Source of the DNA: an uncultured Alphaproteobacteria bacterium
GTDB lineage: Bacteria > Pseudomonadota > Alphaproteobacteria > RF32 > CAG-239
Length of the DNA: 64,000 nt
Assembly (NCBI GenBank): GCA_944391715.1
Contig: CALXUP010000001.1
Span: 13,790-77,789, forward strand
Reading direction: 5' to 3'
Both the position numbers and the translations under genes were made by a program. Below the pieces are notes generated by a model. The model searched no databases and was not told where the DNA came from. It saw only the letters and a program-made list of their open reading frames with translations. Below, in pieces: positions 40,530-50,423 of this stretch (positions are counted from its first letter, which is position 1; each line of letters opens with the position of its first letter).

Positions 40530-41147
40530 TTATCTCCTTTTCTGAATATCCGTTATAATTAAAATAACACCTTCATCGCTTTCGCTGCCGGGCAAAATTT
40601 CAATAGAGAAATTCCAAAACTTTTCAGCTTCTTCTATTTCTTCTTTATAACTTTTGCCTTTGAGAAAAATACATTTGGTTTTTGGTGTACAAAATTTTTG
40701 AGCATAGCCTAACAGACTGTTTAAAGAAGCCATTGCACGCGATGTTATGGCAGCTGCCGGTTCGGCCGGCAAGTTTTCAATCCGTTCATTTATAACTTCA
40801 ACGTTAGTTATACCTGTTATTTTCTTAACTTCTTTTAAATACAGCGTTTTTTTACTAATACTTTCTACAAGCTTAAATTTTAAATACGGCGTTTTTTCTT
40901 GAGCCATAACAGCCAGCACCATTCCAGGAAACCCAGCTCCAGAGCCAAAATCGTAGACAACACCTTTATTCGGAAGCAAAGAAAAAATTTGCATAGAATC
41001 TAAAAAATGACGTTTCCAGGCGTTTTCCAATGAACTGCGACTGACAAGATTCATACGGTTTTGCCACTCATAAAGTGATGACTCGTATAACTTTAACTTG
41101 TCCATTGTTTCACGTGAAACAGTATATTTACGCTCTAAATTTTCCAT
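40530..41147 (-). CDS. rsmG: 16S rRNA m7G527 methyltransferase
   Basis: NLVS, RHFLDS, DFGSGAGFPG, TSRA. Confidence 0.95.
   Translation of the reverse strand: MENLERKYTVSRETMDKLKLYESSLYEWQNRMNLVSRSSLENAWKRHFLDSMQIFSLLPNKGVVYDFGSGAGFPGMVLAVMAQEKTPYLKFKLVESISKKTLYLKEVKKITGITNVEVINERIENLPAEPAAAITSRAMASLNSLLGYAQKFCTPKTKCIFLKGKSYKEEIEEAEKFWNFSIEILPGSESDEGVILIITDIQKRR
41106..41121. promoter_or_regulatory. parS site (perfect)
   Basis: TGTTTCACGTGAAACA inside rsmG. Confidence 0.93.
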
Positions 41148-41304
41148 AAAATATTTATATAATTTTTATAAAAAATTTAAAATACAAAAAACGTAGTTAT
41201 AAACATCTAATTTATAACAAAAGCACAAGCAGAATACACAATTTTTCTTTTATAAAAAAGATTCTAAAATCAACAGGTTAGACATAGTTTCTTGACTCAA
41301 ACCA

Positions 41305-42144
41305 TCAAAATTTATTTAATTTCCAACGATTTTTATATTCAAGACTTTGCAATAATCTTTCAGCGTCGGCAAAATTACGGCATAATTCGCTTGTTCGATG
41401 GGCATCATCACTGATAAGAATTGGAATATTGAGCATATGCATTTTTTGCAGCAGTATCGGTGCCGGGTAATAATGCCCGTCTTTTCGGAGTCCTTTAGTG
41501 CTTAACTCCGCCGGAATATTGTTTTTTGCCAGAGTCTGCAGCAGCTGTTCTTTTTCCGGCATAAAACTTTCGTCATTGCACCCCGGAACCCTTCGCATAT
41601 AATCAATATGCGCCACAAAATCAAATAATCCGCTGGCGGCGGCCTTTTTTATGGTCAGAAAATGCCGGCGGAGAAAATCTTTTTGCTGAGAAGGATTCGG
41701 AATATGTTTGGTTAATTCATCGGCATCAATGGGATATTCACAATTTTCAGGAAAAAGAAAATGATTACCGGTAATATAATAATCCAGATTCGTTTGTTTT
41801 CGGAAATTTTTAAATTCTTCCAACCAACCGTCATAAGTAAAAAAATCTACTTCGGCGCCAACAAAAATTTTTAGAGGATAGCTCTTTTTAAGTTTTTCTA
41901 TTTTAGCCTTATAATTTGCAAAAGCCTCGGCGGCTTCAGCAAAATCTGTTCGATAGATGTGGGCGCCGTGATAAGCCTGAAGTTTTGACCAACTCGGGCT
42001 CTGTTTAAAATTTTTATGAACGACCAGATGTTCGGAAAAGCCAACCTCTGCCAATCCGCATTTAACGGCTTGTTCCAACATTTCTTCGGCAGCATTACGA
42101 CCGTCAGAAAACAACGTATGTGTGTGATAACTAAAATTTTGCAT
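41305..42144 (-). CDS. PHP-family phosphatase (histidinol-phosphatase HisJ-like)
   Basis: YHTHT..SDG, FSEH, GAEVD, AHID, SDDAH. Confidence 0.88.
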   Translation of the reverse strand: MQNFSYHTHTLFSDGRNAAEEMLEQAVKCGLAEVGFSEHLVVHKNFKQSPSWSKLQAYHGAHIYRTDFAEAAEAFANYKAKIEKLKKSYPLKIFVGAEVDFFTYDGWLEEFKNFRKQTNLDYYITGNHFLFPENCEYPIDADELTKHIPNPSQQKDFLRRHFLTIKKAAASGLFDFVAHIDYMRRVPGCNDESFMPEKEQLLQTLAKNNIPAELSTKGLRKDGHYYPAPILLQKMHMLNIPILISDDAHRTSELCRNFADAERLLQSLEYKNRWKLNKF

Positions 42145-42146
42145 AA

Positions 42147-43571
42147 CTAAACTTCATAATACGGTAAAAGTTCAATATCTTCCCCTTCTGCAGAAGTTTG
42201 AATATCTATGCCTATATTTTGTAAATTATGCACCAGGTTCGGGTATCCGCGCAGAGCATAAGAAGGCGTTTTAATCGTGCTTTTTCCTTCTGCAACGGCA
42301 GCAGTCAAAATCAGACCGATGGTGCCGCGCAAATCCATTCCGCTAACATCGGCACCATGATATTTTGACGGGTGGATTTTAACAATCAGGGCTTCTTTGT
42401 TGGCAATGACCTGGCTGGTTACGATATCTATTTTTTCATTTTCGCAACGTAATCCGAATTTGCGCATTTCTTTTAAATGTCCGTCGCGTCCCGGCCAAAT
42501 GGCATCGGTTATCATTGAATCGTTCTCGGCAAGACCCAATATCGGTGTCCAAATTTGCTGGATATCCGTTTCAGCTCCGGGAAAAGGCGTCATTTGCATA
42601 ATCACACCGTTAAATTTCGGCCGATTGCAAAAGTTAAAACTAAGCTGCGTTCTGTCGGGAGAATAAAAAATTCCGCTTGAAAACATTTTATTTAATTGGG
42701 AAAACCACGGGCGGCAATGCTCAAAATTGATGCCGTTAATCTGAATCTCGCCTTTTGTTCCCAAAGCAAGCAGAGCATAAGTCGCGGCCTCAATCCGATC
42801 CGGTATAACATAAAAACTTCCGCCTTTGAGCAGAGATTTGTTTTTTCCGTCGTAAATTATGCCGGTGCTTTCACTGCCGGTAAGCCCCAATCCCATCTGC
42901 TGCAGCATATCTATCAGATTTGAAACCTCCGGCTCAAGCGAGGCATTATAAATCATTTTAACATCCTGGGCGCCGGCAACAGCCAAAAGCCAGTGAAATG
43001 TTGCCCCGTGAGAAACGCGCAATGTGGTATAAATCGGCCGGACGGTTTCCGGACTTTTTTTCGGAAGGGTGAAAATCAGATAATTTCCTTTGTCGGTATT
43101 TTCTTCTTCTATCGATGCTCCCAAGACCGAACGGATTAAATCTTCATGAAAATCGGTCGGACGTTTGCCGCCAAAAGAACAACCGCCCGGAATGTAAACC
43201 TTCAGGCTGTCAAATTCTTTAGTATAACGAAAGCGGGCCAGTAGCGATCCCCAAAGGTAATAGCTTGCGCGAATATGCGAAGCTTTTTGCGAAACAACAT
43301 TATTGCTGATTTTGGCTGCATGGAGATATAAAATTTTCTGCCGGAAATTGTAGCGAACATCGACGCCTAATTCTATCAATATCTGTCCTAATTCCAGAAC
43401 ATCGCTGATATTCGGGACATTGTGCAAAATTACTGGCTCGTCCGTCAGCAATGATGCGCACATCAACCCGAGAATCGAGTTTTTTGCTCCGCTGATGTCA
43501 ACGGAACCGGCAACCGGTTTTCCGCCGTTGATAATTAACTTTTCCGGAATAAAAAATCTTGATTTCAGCAT
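42147..43571 (-). CDS. murA: Divergent MurA-like enolpyruvyl transferase
   Basis: GAKNS, RASY, PGGC, RPTDFH, PDRIEA, ETD, DLRG, RGY; 474 aa with insertions. Confidence 0.8.
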   Translation of the reverse strand: MLKSRFFIPEKLIINGGKPVAGSVDISGAKNSILGLMCASLLTDEPVILHNVPNISDVLELGQILIELGVDVRYNFRQKILYLHAAKISNNVVSQKASHIRASYYLWGSLLARFRYTKEFDSLKVYIPGGCSFGGKRPTDFHEDLIRSVLGASIEEENTDKGNYLIFTLPKKSPETVRPIYTTLRVSHGATFHWLLAVAGAQDVKMIYNASLEPEVSNLIDMLQQMGLGLTGSESTGIIYDGKNKSLLKGGSFYVIPDRIEAATYALLALGTKGEIQINGINFEHCRPWFSQLNKMFSSGIFYSPDRTQLSFNFCNRPKFNGVIMQMTPFPGAETDIQQIWTPILGLAENDSMITDAIWPGRDGHLKEMRKFGLRCENEKIDIVTSQVIANKEALIVKIHPSKYHGADVSGMDLRGTIGLILTAAVAEGKSTIKTPSYALRGYPNLVHNLQNIGIDIQTSAEGEDIELLPYYEV

Positions 43572-43601
43572 TGCGCACCTTCCTTTATTTTGATTGTGCG
43601 T

Positions 43602-43633
43602 ATTATATTTTATAATGGTTAATTCCGGCTTAA
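43602..43633 (-). promoter_or_regulatory. CtrA-type box with downstream -10 element
   Basis: Minus strand TTAA-GCCGGAA-TTAAC, 10 nt, then TATAAT, upstream of the murA-like gene. Confidence 0.55.
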
Positions 43634-44265
43634 TAATCCCGGTCTTTTATTCCCAGAAGATTGTAGACATTGGTCCCGCACAAAGTATCAAAATGCTTTT
43701 TTAAGGGCAGAGCATCGCGAATCAGGTTTTGTTTTTGAGTGGCTGACAGATGATAACGCCGGGCAATGCCTTCGGCTCGTTGTTCAATGGTTACAAAGTT
43801 AAAATCTTCGGTCAGCATATCGCAAAACTGGATTAAGCGGTCATAATCATTATATTCATAATTGCGGAGTTTTGTTTTTGCCCAATCAAGCCATTCTTTT
43901 GGATAGTTATATTCTTCATCCGAAAAATTTTGAATATGAAAAGTATGTGTCAGGCAAATGCGGGCAACGTCATCATAGCCGAGCTTTAACATTTCTTCAT
44001 AGCCTTCACGTCCGTGAAAGCGGTTTTCTTCCCGTTCGTTAATTCTTTTGCCGTAATCGTGCAAAAGACCTAATATATAAGCTTTTTCAGAATCAAGAAA
44101 AGGGATGCGTTCTGCAATAATTTTGGCAAAACGCGCAACATTTCTGGTATGAAAGGCGTAAGCGTCCCGGTCTTTAAAAGGATAAGGTTTAGACAAGCGG
44201 TTAAGAATTACCGCATGCCAAAGTTTCTCGGCCGTGACCAGATCCGGAAATTTGGGTTTTATCAT
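43630..44265 (-). CDS. HD-domain phosphohydrolase (paralogue 3)
   Basis: H..., GLLHDYG, FHG, LTH, YDRLIQFCD. Confidence 0.88.
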   Translation of the reverse strand: MIKPKFPDLVTAEKLWHAVILNRLSKPYPFKDRDAYAFHTRNVARFAKIIAERIPFLDSEKAYILGLLHDYGKRINEREENRFHGREGYEEMLKLGYDDVARICLTHTFHIQNFSDEEYNYPKEWLDWAKTKLRNYEYNDYDRLIQFCDMLTEDFNFVTIEQRAEGIARRYHLSATQKQNLIRDALPLKKHFDTLCGTNVYNLLGIKDRDY

Positions 44266-44884
44266 ATTTTACTCCTACCAAGTCGTAAATATTCCGGCCG
44301 CAGATTTGTTCAAAATATGCCTTGATTTGCTGCAATTGTTTCACGTGAATCAAAATTCCGGGATTATTGTAACGCCGCGCCAAACTGGCAAAACGGTATT
44401 CTATCGTACAAGTCGTCCCTTTGTCATTTAGCACGTCAGCCAGCTGCAGCAACAGGTCGTAATCATTATAGGTCACGTTTTTGAGATACGCCTGACATTT
44501 TAACAAATCATCATACGGCTGGGTAAATTTTTCAATATCAAAATCTTTATCATAAAAACTATGGGTAATGCATACGCGGGCAACATCGTCATATCCTTCT
44601 GACATCATCCAGTCAAAACCGACGTTGGCATGAAACCGATTTTCGGCAAACTCATCTACACAGCGGCCGCAATCATGCAACAATCCCAGGACATAGGCTT
44701 TTTCAGAATCAAGCCCGGGACAGCAGCCGGCTATTTTTTCGGCAATTGAGGCAACAGCATGGCAATGTTTGCGAAATTCAGTTTCCCATTCCGGCTTAAA
44801 AGGATATTTTGTGGCATTGCGTTTTTGAATCACTGTTTCAAAAATCTCTTCCGCTTTTTTTCTGGTGGGAAACAACCGATTCAT
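44201..44884 (-). CDS. HD-domain phosphohydrolase (paralogue 2)
   Basis: H..., GLLHDCG, FHA, ITH, YDLLLQLAD; 3' end overlaps next gene. Confidence 0.88.
   Translation of the reverse strand: MNRLFPTRKKAEEIFETVIQKRNATKYPFKPEWETEFRKHCHAVASIAEKIAGCCPGLDSEKAYVLGLLHDCGRCVDEFAENRFHANVGFDWMMSEGYDDVARVCITHSFYDKDFDIEKFTQPYDDLLKCQAYLKNVTYNDYDLLLQLADVLNDKGTTCTIEYRFASLARRYNNPGILIHVKQLQQIKAYFEQICGRNIYDLVGVKYDKTQISGSGHGRETLACGNS
44337..44352. promoter_or_regulatory. parS site (1 mismatch)
   Basis: TGTTTCACGTGAATCA inside HD paralogue 2. Confidence 0.75.
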
Positions 44885-44919
44885 TTTTCAGACTTTCCTC
44901 TTTAAATACATTGTCTAAA

Positions 44920-45549
44920 TCAAACGGATATTTTATGTTCTATTTCCAATAAATCATAAATATTGCACCGGCATTTTTCATCGAAGTACTTTTTCAATTC
45001 ATTCATTTTTTTAATCGAGGCTTTTACAACCTGATCATTCAGATTATGTCTTTTGGCAACGCTGTCAAAACGATATTCTATAGTGCACTGACGGCCGCAA
45101 TCATTTAAAATATCAGCCAGTTGAACCAGATAGTCATAATCGTTAAAAGACAAAGATTTAAGAAGTTCGCGACTGCGAACATAATCCTGCGGTTTCATCC
45201 GGTACATTGAAAGATTTAACTGCGGTTCATAAAAACAGTGTGTAAAAGCAATACGGGCAGCATCGGGCATATTATGAGAAACAAGATAATCGAAACCGGT
45301 CAGGCCATGAAAAATGCCTTCGGTTCTTTCGTCTTTTATTCTGCCGGCATCATGCAAAAGTCCGTATATATATGATTTTTCAGGATCAAGATTTGAGGAG
45401 GCCTGAGCAATTTTTTTAGAAATAAAGGCGACGGAAAGGCAATGGTCATAAAATTTTTGTTCCATTTCCTGAGAAAACGGACAAGATGAAAGTCTGCGCG
45501 TTTCTATTACATTATTTAAAAGAGATTTTGCTTTTTCAACTTCTGACAT
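44920..45549 (-). CDS. HD-domain phosphohydrolase (paralogue 1)
   Basis: H..., GLLHDAG, FHG, FTH, YDYLVQLAD; starts 3 nt after mnmG stop. Confidence 0.88.
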   Translation of the reverse strand: MSEVEKAKSLLNNVIETRRLSSCPFSQEMEQKFYDHCLSVAFISKKIAQASSNLDPEKSYIYGLLHDAGRIKDERTEGIFHGLTGFDYLVSHNMPDAARIAFTHCFYEPQLNLSMYRMKPQDYVRSRELLKSLSFNDYDYLVQLADILNDCGRQCTIEYRFDSVAKRHNLNDQVVKASIKKMNELKKYFDEKCRCNIYDLLEIEHKISV

Positions 45550-45552
45550 TAG

Positions 45553-47403
45553 CTACCTGTTTACATAAGATAAAATCGCCATAATCGCAGCAGGGGTAAC
45601 CCCCGGAATGCGGGATGCTTCACCGATTGTCGCCGGACGGACTTTACTGAGTTTGAAAATCATTTCACGCGACAGGCCGCCGATTTTGCCGTAATCAATA
45701 TCATCGCGCAAGCGCAGATTCTCATCTTTCTTGAATATTTGAATATCTGCCAACTGACGTTTTAAATATCCGGCATATTTTGCCTCAATTTCAATTTCTT
45801 CATAGACATCGGCCGGAATATCTTTTAATTCAGGCCAGATGTTTGTTATTGTTTCACGTGAAACACCTTCGTAAGACATTACATTAAAAGCCGTTCTTTT
45901 GGTTCCGTCTTTTTTGGTTTTAATCCCAAATTTTTCCAGCTCATTCGGCGTGATGAAAAGTTGGTCGGTTAATTGACGATATTGATTTATTTTGTTCGCT
46001 TTTGCTTTAAATACACTGTATCTATTTTCTCCGACACAGCCGGCTTTATATCCTTTTTCCGTCAGACGGGCATCGGCATTATCAGCCCGCAGATAAAGGC
46101 GGTATTCTGAGCGCGACGTAAACATACGATAAGGTTCATCAACGCCTTTTGTTATCAAATCATCTATCATTACGCCGATATAAGCTTCACTGCGGTCAAT
46201 TTCAAAACCTGGTTTTTCCAAGGCTTTCAAGCCGGCGTTCACTCCGGCCAGTAACCCTTGGGCGGCAGCTTCCTCATAACCGGTCGTTCCGTTAATCTGT
46301 CCGGCCAAAAACAGTCCGGGAACTTTTTTACATTCCAAGTGATTGTTCAGCTCCTGCGGATCTACAAAATCATATTCAATAGCGTAAGCCGGGCGCAGGA
46401 TTTCAACATTTTCCAATCCCTTTATCGTATGGATAAATTCTTCCTGAACATCCGCCGGTAAAGAAGTCGAAATACCGTTCGGATAAACTACATCGGTATT
46501 CAGTCCTTCCGGTTCCAAAAAAATCTGATGACTGGTGCGATCGGCAAATTTAACAAGCTTATCTTCAATGCTCGGGCAATAACGCGGTCCGATGCCGGTA
46601 ATTAATCCGGAGAAGAGGGCGCATTTATCAAAATTTGCACGAATGATTTCATGCGTTTTTTCATTGGTATGCGTAATATGGCACTGAATTTGCGGATTGG
46701 TGATTTCTTTGGTCAAATAGGAAAAGGGAACCGGAGGATTGTCGCCGTCCTGCGTTTCCAATATATCCCAATTAATAGTCTTTCCGTTTAATCGTGCCGG
46801 CGTTCCCGTTTTTAACCGTCCGACTTTTAGTCCGACAGACTTTAAATACGGTGTTATTCCCGTGCAGGTTACATCATTAACCCGGCCGCCGATTGTTGTC
46901 TGGTGTCCGATAAACATTACGCCGTTCAAAAAAGTGCCGGAAGTCAGAATCACTGTTTTAGATTTTATTTTGCCACCATCGGCCAAAACAACACCGGTAA
47001 TTTTATTTTCATCAAAAATCAGACCTTCAACCGCGGCCTCTATAATTTCTAAATTTTTTTGCTCTCGCAAAGCTTCCAGCATGTATTTTTTATACAAATC
47101 TCTGTCAGCCTGAGCACGCGGGCCACGAACGGCCGGACCTTTGGAGGCGTTTAACATTCTAAACTGGATGCCGGCCTTATCTATAACTTTTGCCATTAAG
47201 CCGTCAAGCGCGTCAATTTCCCTTACCAAATGACCTTTGCCCAGTCCGCCGATTGCCGGATTGCAGGACATTTCGCCAATTGTAGAAATTTTGTGTGTTA
47301 TTAAAGCCGTTTTTGCGCCGACACGAGCCGCTGCCGCACAGGCTTCACACCCGGCATGTCCGCCGCCAACGACTATTACGTCATATTCTTTATTATTATT
47401 CAT
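45553..47403 (-). CDS. mnmG: tRNA uridine-34 modification enzyme MnmG (GidA)
   Basis: [45 protein letters not shown]. Confidence 0.98.
   Translation of the reverse strand: MNNNKEYDVIVVGGGHAGCEACAAAARVGAKTALITHKISTIGEMSCNPAIGGLGKGHLVREIDALDGLMAKVIDKAGIQFRMLNASKGPAVRGPRAQADRDLYKKYMLEALREQKNLEIIEAAVEGLIFDENKITGVVLADGGKIKSKTVILTSGTFLNGVMFIGHQTTIGGRVNDVTCTGITPYLKSVGLKVGRLKTGTPARLNGKTINWDILETQDGDNPPVPFSYLTKEITNPQIQCHITHTNEKTHEIIRANFDKCALFSGLITGIGPRYCPSIEDKLVKFADRTSHQIFLEPEGLNTDVVYPNGISTSLPADVQEEFIHTIKGLENVEILRPAYAIEYDFVDPQELNNHLECKKVPGLFLAGQINGTTGYEEAAAQGLLAGVNAGLKALEKPGFEIDRSEAYIGVMIDDLITKGVDEPYRMFTSRSEYRLYLRADNADARLTEKGYKAGCVGENRYSVFKAKANKINQYRQLTDQLFITPNELEKFGIKTKKDGTKRTAFNVMSYEGVSRETITNIWPELKDIPADVYEEIEIEAKYAGYLKRQLADIQIFKKDENLRLRDDIDYGKIGGLSREMIFKLSKVRPATIGEASRIPGVTPAAIMAILSYVNR
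45850..45865. promoter_or_regulatory. parS site (perfect)
   Basis: TGTTTCACGTGAAACA inside mnmG. Confidence 0.93.
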
Positions 47404-48408
47404 TATTTCTGACCTAAGTTCTTTTGTCTTGGGTATAATATAACTGATAAAAGTTTGCAAGAGATTAATAGGGTATAAATTGTTCCCTCCCTCTGAATTC
47501 ACTCTTTATTTATTTTATAATTTTATTTTTCATTGTTACTTTTTAAGTGCTAAAAAGTTCTTTTCTTATTTCTTGTTTTTTATCTGAAATTATTTTTCAT
47601 TGTTACTTTTTGAATGTCAAAAAATCTTTTCCTTACTTCTTGTTTTGTTTTTTTATCCGAAATTATTTTTTCTTTGTTACTTTTTGGGTGCCAAAAAGTA
47701 ACCAAAAAAGCAGCCCTACGCTCATTTGCTTAGGTTTCAGAGCAAAATTAACCTCGCTACGCTCTCTACCATTGTGCTTCAATTTCGGTTTTTGCTCCAA
47801 AACCTAAGCCATTCGCAAAGGGCACTCAATCGTGCCCAAATGGATGTTTTGTGCTTTTTTTGATATGACAGAAAAGTTAGCCCTGAACTCGTTTTCTAAG
47901 TCTTCGTGAAAAAGTTCAGGCCGTCTAAGCCAAGGCTAAGACGGCAAGAAGGCACATAGTGTTTTTAATTTCCTCTTTTTCACAAAGACTAAGAAGTACT
48001 CGTTAAAGGGCATTTCTAACGCCCCCTGCCCCCCTCTTAGCAAAGAGGGGGTATAAAGTTTCTAAACCTAAGCTATTCGCAAAGGGTAGTTAAAAGTGCC
48101 GGACGAGGGATTGTGCTTGAGGTATTGTCATTCTCGGGCTTGACCCGAGAATCCACAGGCAACGGCCTGAGCGGTCAGTTGTTGAAATTGTGCCACAACG
48201 ACCGCGTTGCTCCATTGTTTTTCACAGTCAAGATTGTGTTTTGAAATATGGATCCCCGGGGCAAGCCGGGGATGACTAAAAAAATAAAGTGCCCGGGTAT
48301 GACCGGTGCGACCGGCGAGCGGTCAGTTGTTGAAATTGTGCCACAGAGACCGCGGTGCTCCGGCATTTTCTGTGAGGACTTTGTGCTTTGAAGGGTGGAT
48401 TGCCGGGT

Positions 48409-48512
48409 GTAAATTCCCGCAAGCGGGCCCCTTTCGTCCCGTAGGGTTCGAACTTCGTACAAATCTAAGCTAAAGCTAAGGATTTGCACTCGTTCTCACC
48501 AACTATCGACTT
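48409..48512 (-). mobile_element. 104-bp non-autonomous element inserted in REP loop (short form)
   Basis: Splits reverse-strand GTCATTGCCGGACTTG|ACCCGGCAATCC at the same position as the 27147-27320 copy. Confidence 0.8.
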
Positions 48513-48565
48513 CAAGTCCGGCAATGACAACGATAATAAGCGGTTATTTAATCTCGCTCTTTTAT

Positions 48566-48655
48566 TTAACCCTCTATCTCTTCTTCCAAGGCCTCAAAAC
48601 TGTCGCAAGGGTCTTCATTGAAGTCTTCCGTCGTATGATAATAGAATTTTCCCAT
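48566..48655 (-). CDS. Small acidic ORF MGKFYYHTTEDFNEDPCDSFEALEEEIEG (29 aa)
   Basis: AAGGAG RBS; shared N-terminus; unique tail not derived from REP sequence. Confidence 0.5.
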   Translation of the reverse strand: MGKFYYHTTEDFNEDPCDSFEALEEEIEG

Positions 48656-48679
48656 TTCTTTTTAGCTCCTTGTTTTGAT

Positions 48680-48846
48680 AAAAAAAACCGCCGGAAGTTT
48701 TCTTCCTGGCGGTGGAGATCAAAAACTGTACAGACACAGTCGCCATGTTTCGTCCGCAAAGCGGCTTATTTTAGGCACTCCACCTCAAGGTGGATAAATC
48801 TGTAAGATGTTTTCTAGACACCACAACCGGTCTCCCGGCTGCGGAA
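48680..48846 (-). ncRNA. C4/P4-CI-like RNA leader, copy C
   Basis: Near-identical to copy A; single-stranded TACAGA is exactly complementary to downstream loop TCTGTA. Confidence 0.55.
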
Positions 48847-48884
48847 GTAATCATAAACGAATCTGGGGCTTTTGCAAGGCTTTA

Positions 48885-50225
48885 TTATTTGCCGATACAG
48901 AAATCACCGAATATCTTATCAAGAATCTCATTGACTTCTATGCGGCCGGTGATTTTGCCCAGAGCCCTGGCAGCCAGACGAATATCTTCTGCCGTCAGTT
49001 CGATTTCTTTATCAAAACTGAAATGCTGCAGGTTTTCCATAACTTCCTGCAATGCTTCACGATAGCGGCTGCGGGTTATCAGCAAATTGGAGTTGGAAGT
49101 AAAACGTTCGCAGATATATTCGTATATCCGGTCTAAAATTTGAGAAATTCCTTCCTTTTGTTTGGCGGAAATCAAAATACAACCTTGTTTTTCTAATTCA
49201 GAACACTGTTCGGAAGTTAATTTATCACTTTTATTTGCGACAAGTATAGTATTGTTTTTAAAAGAATTTCTTATATTATCAAATATTTGAACACCATCTT
49301 TTGAGGCATCAAACAAACATATTATAAAATCTGCCGATTTTATCTTACTATAAGCAATTTCAATGCCTTTCTTTTCGATTTCTTCATTTGCTTCCCGCAA
49401 TCCGGCCGTATCGGTAAACATAACAGGGTAGCCTTTGATATCTAAATGGATATCTATCGCGTCACGGGTTGTTCCGGCAATATCAGAAACTATCACGGCC
49501 TCACGATTGGCAATTGCATTTAACAAACTTGATTTTCCGGCATTGGGCGGCCCGACAATCACAACACGAAAGCCTTCACGCAGACGTTCACCGATATTAT
49601 CAGCTTTTAAATGTTCATAAACACTGTTTTCAAGTTTAAATACATTGTTTTTCATTTCTGACATAACATTATTCGGAATATCTTCATCGGGAAAATCGAT
49701 AAAAGCTTCCAAATGGGCAAGAATTTTCAGCAGCTGTTCCCGCCAGTCGTCATACAGGTTCTTCAGTCCGCCTTCCATTTGGCGCATGGCATATTTTTGC
49801 TGTTCGGAAGTTTCGGCATCAATCAGGTCAGCCAGGCCTTCTGCCTCGGTTAAATCCATTTTGCCGTTATAAAAAGCACGTTTGGAAAATTCTCCCGGTT
49901 CAGCCATACGAAAATCTTCTATCTGCGCCAAAGTCGAAAGGACTCCGGAAATTACGGCCTTGGAGCCATGAGTCTGGATTTCGACAATATCTTCCCCGGT
50001 AAAAGAATTCGGTGCCTTAAAATACAAAATAAGGCATTTATCCAGCGTATTGCCTTCATTATTCTTCAGGCTGACAAAATAAGCGTAACGCGGTTTTATT
50101 TTTGTTGCATCCAAACTTGTCATTTTTTTCAGCGCCGCAAGGGCATTGTTTCCGGAAATGCGGATGATGGCAACGCCCGACTTGCCGTATACGGTGGAAA
50201 GAGCATAAATTGTCTGGTTGTCCAT
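48885..50225 (-). CDS. mnmE: tRNA modification GTPase MnmE
   Basis: SFTGED, GPPNAGKSS, GTTRD, DTAG, NKSD, C-terminal FCIGK. Confidence 0.97.
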   Translation of the reverse strand: MDNQTIYALSTVYGKSGVAIIRISGNNALAALKKMTSLDATKIKPRYAYFVSLKNNEGNTLDKCLILYFKAPNSFTGEDIVEIQTHGSKAVISGVLSTLAQIEDFRMAEPGEFSKRAFYNGKMDLTEAEGLADLIDAETSEQQKYAMRQMEGGLKNLYDDWREQLLKILAHLEAFIDFPDEDIPNNVMSEMKNNVFKLENSVYEHLKADNIGERLREGFRVVIVGPPNAGKSSLLNAIANREAVIVSDIAGTTRDAIDIHLDIKGYPVMFTDTAGLREANEEIEKKGIEIAYSKIKSADFIICLFDASKDGVQIFDNIRNSFKNNTILVANKSDKLTSEQCSELEKQGCILISAKQKEGISQILDRIYEYICERFTSNSNLLITRSRYREALQEVMENLQHFSFDKEIELTAEDIRLAARALGKITGRIEVNEILDKIFGDFCIGK

Positions 50226-50423
50226 TTTGGCCTCAAAAGTTAAAATAACATCTGTGTCTGTTATAAATTCAAGCTTAAAAATTGGCAAGTTTTAAAATCG
50301 GGCGATTTTTTGACCACTGAAAGCAATTTTACTTGTTGTTAACCAATCTGTCATAGAATCGTCAAAATTCCTCTGTACGGGCTTTATACGGACTCGATTT
50401 TTTAATACTGAAAGTTTACAAAA

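Larger units (their letters stand above)
47483..48880. repeat. Composite palindromic repeat island C (largest)
   Basis: Three tandem T-rich units, two long-hairpin units, C-rich palindrome, three REPs and the promoter/RNA module; separates mnmE from mnmG. Confidence 0.9.

Noticed and set aside
45661-45676. Fourth parS-like sequence CATTTCACGCGACAGG
   Set aside because: Too many mismatches to the palindrome
47404-47502. N-terminal extensions of mnmG (also cca, lonC-like, parB, mnmE, coaE) in the ORF track
   Set aside because: They extend into repeats, promoters or neighbouring genes; downstream starts fit family lengths better
48409-48512. Mini-element as hammerhead ribozyme, group I/II intron or tRNA fragment (GGGACGAAA, GTTCGAA, terminal AC)
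   Set aside because: No CTGANGA core, no GTGYG start or domain V, no terminal G, no cloverleaf; the GAAA is interrupted in the long copy
47483-48880. Repeat islands as CRISPR arrays
   Set aside because: No regularly spaced identical repeats with unique spacers, and no cas genes in the window
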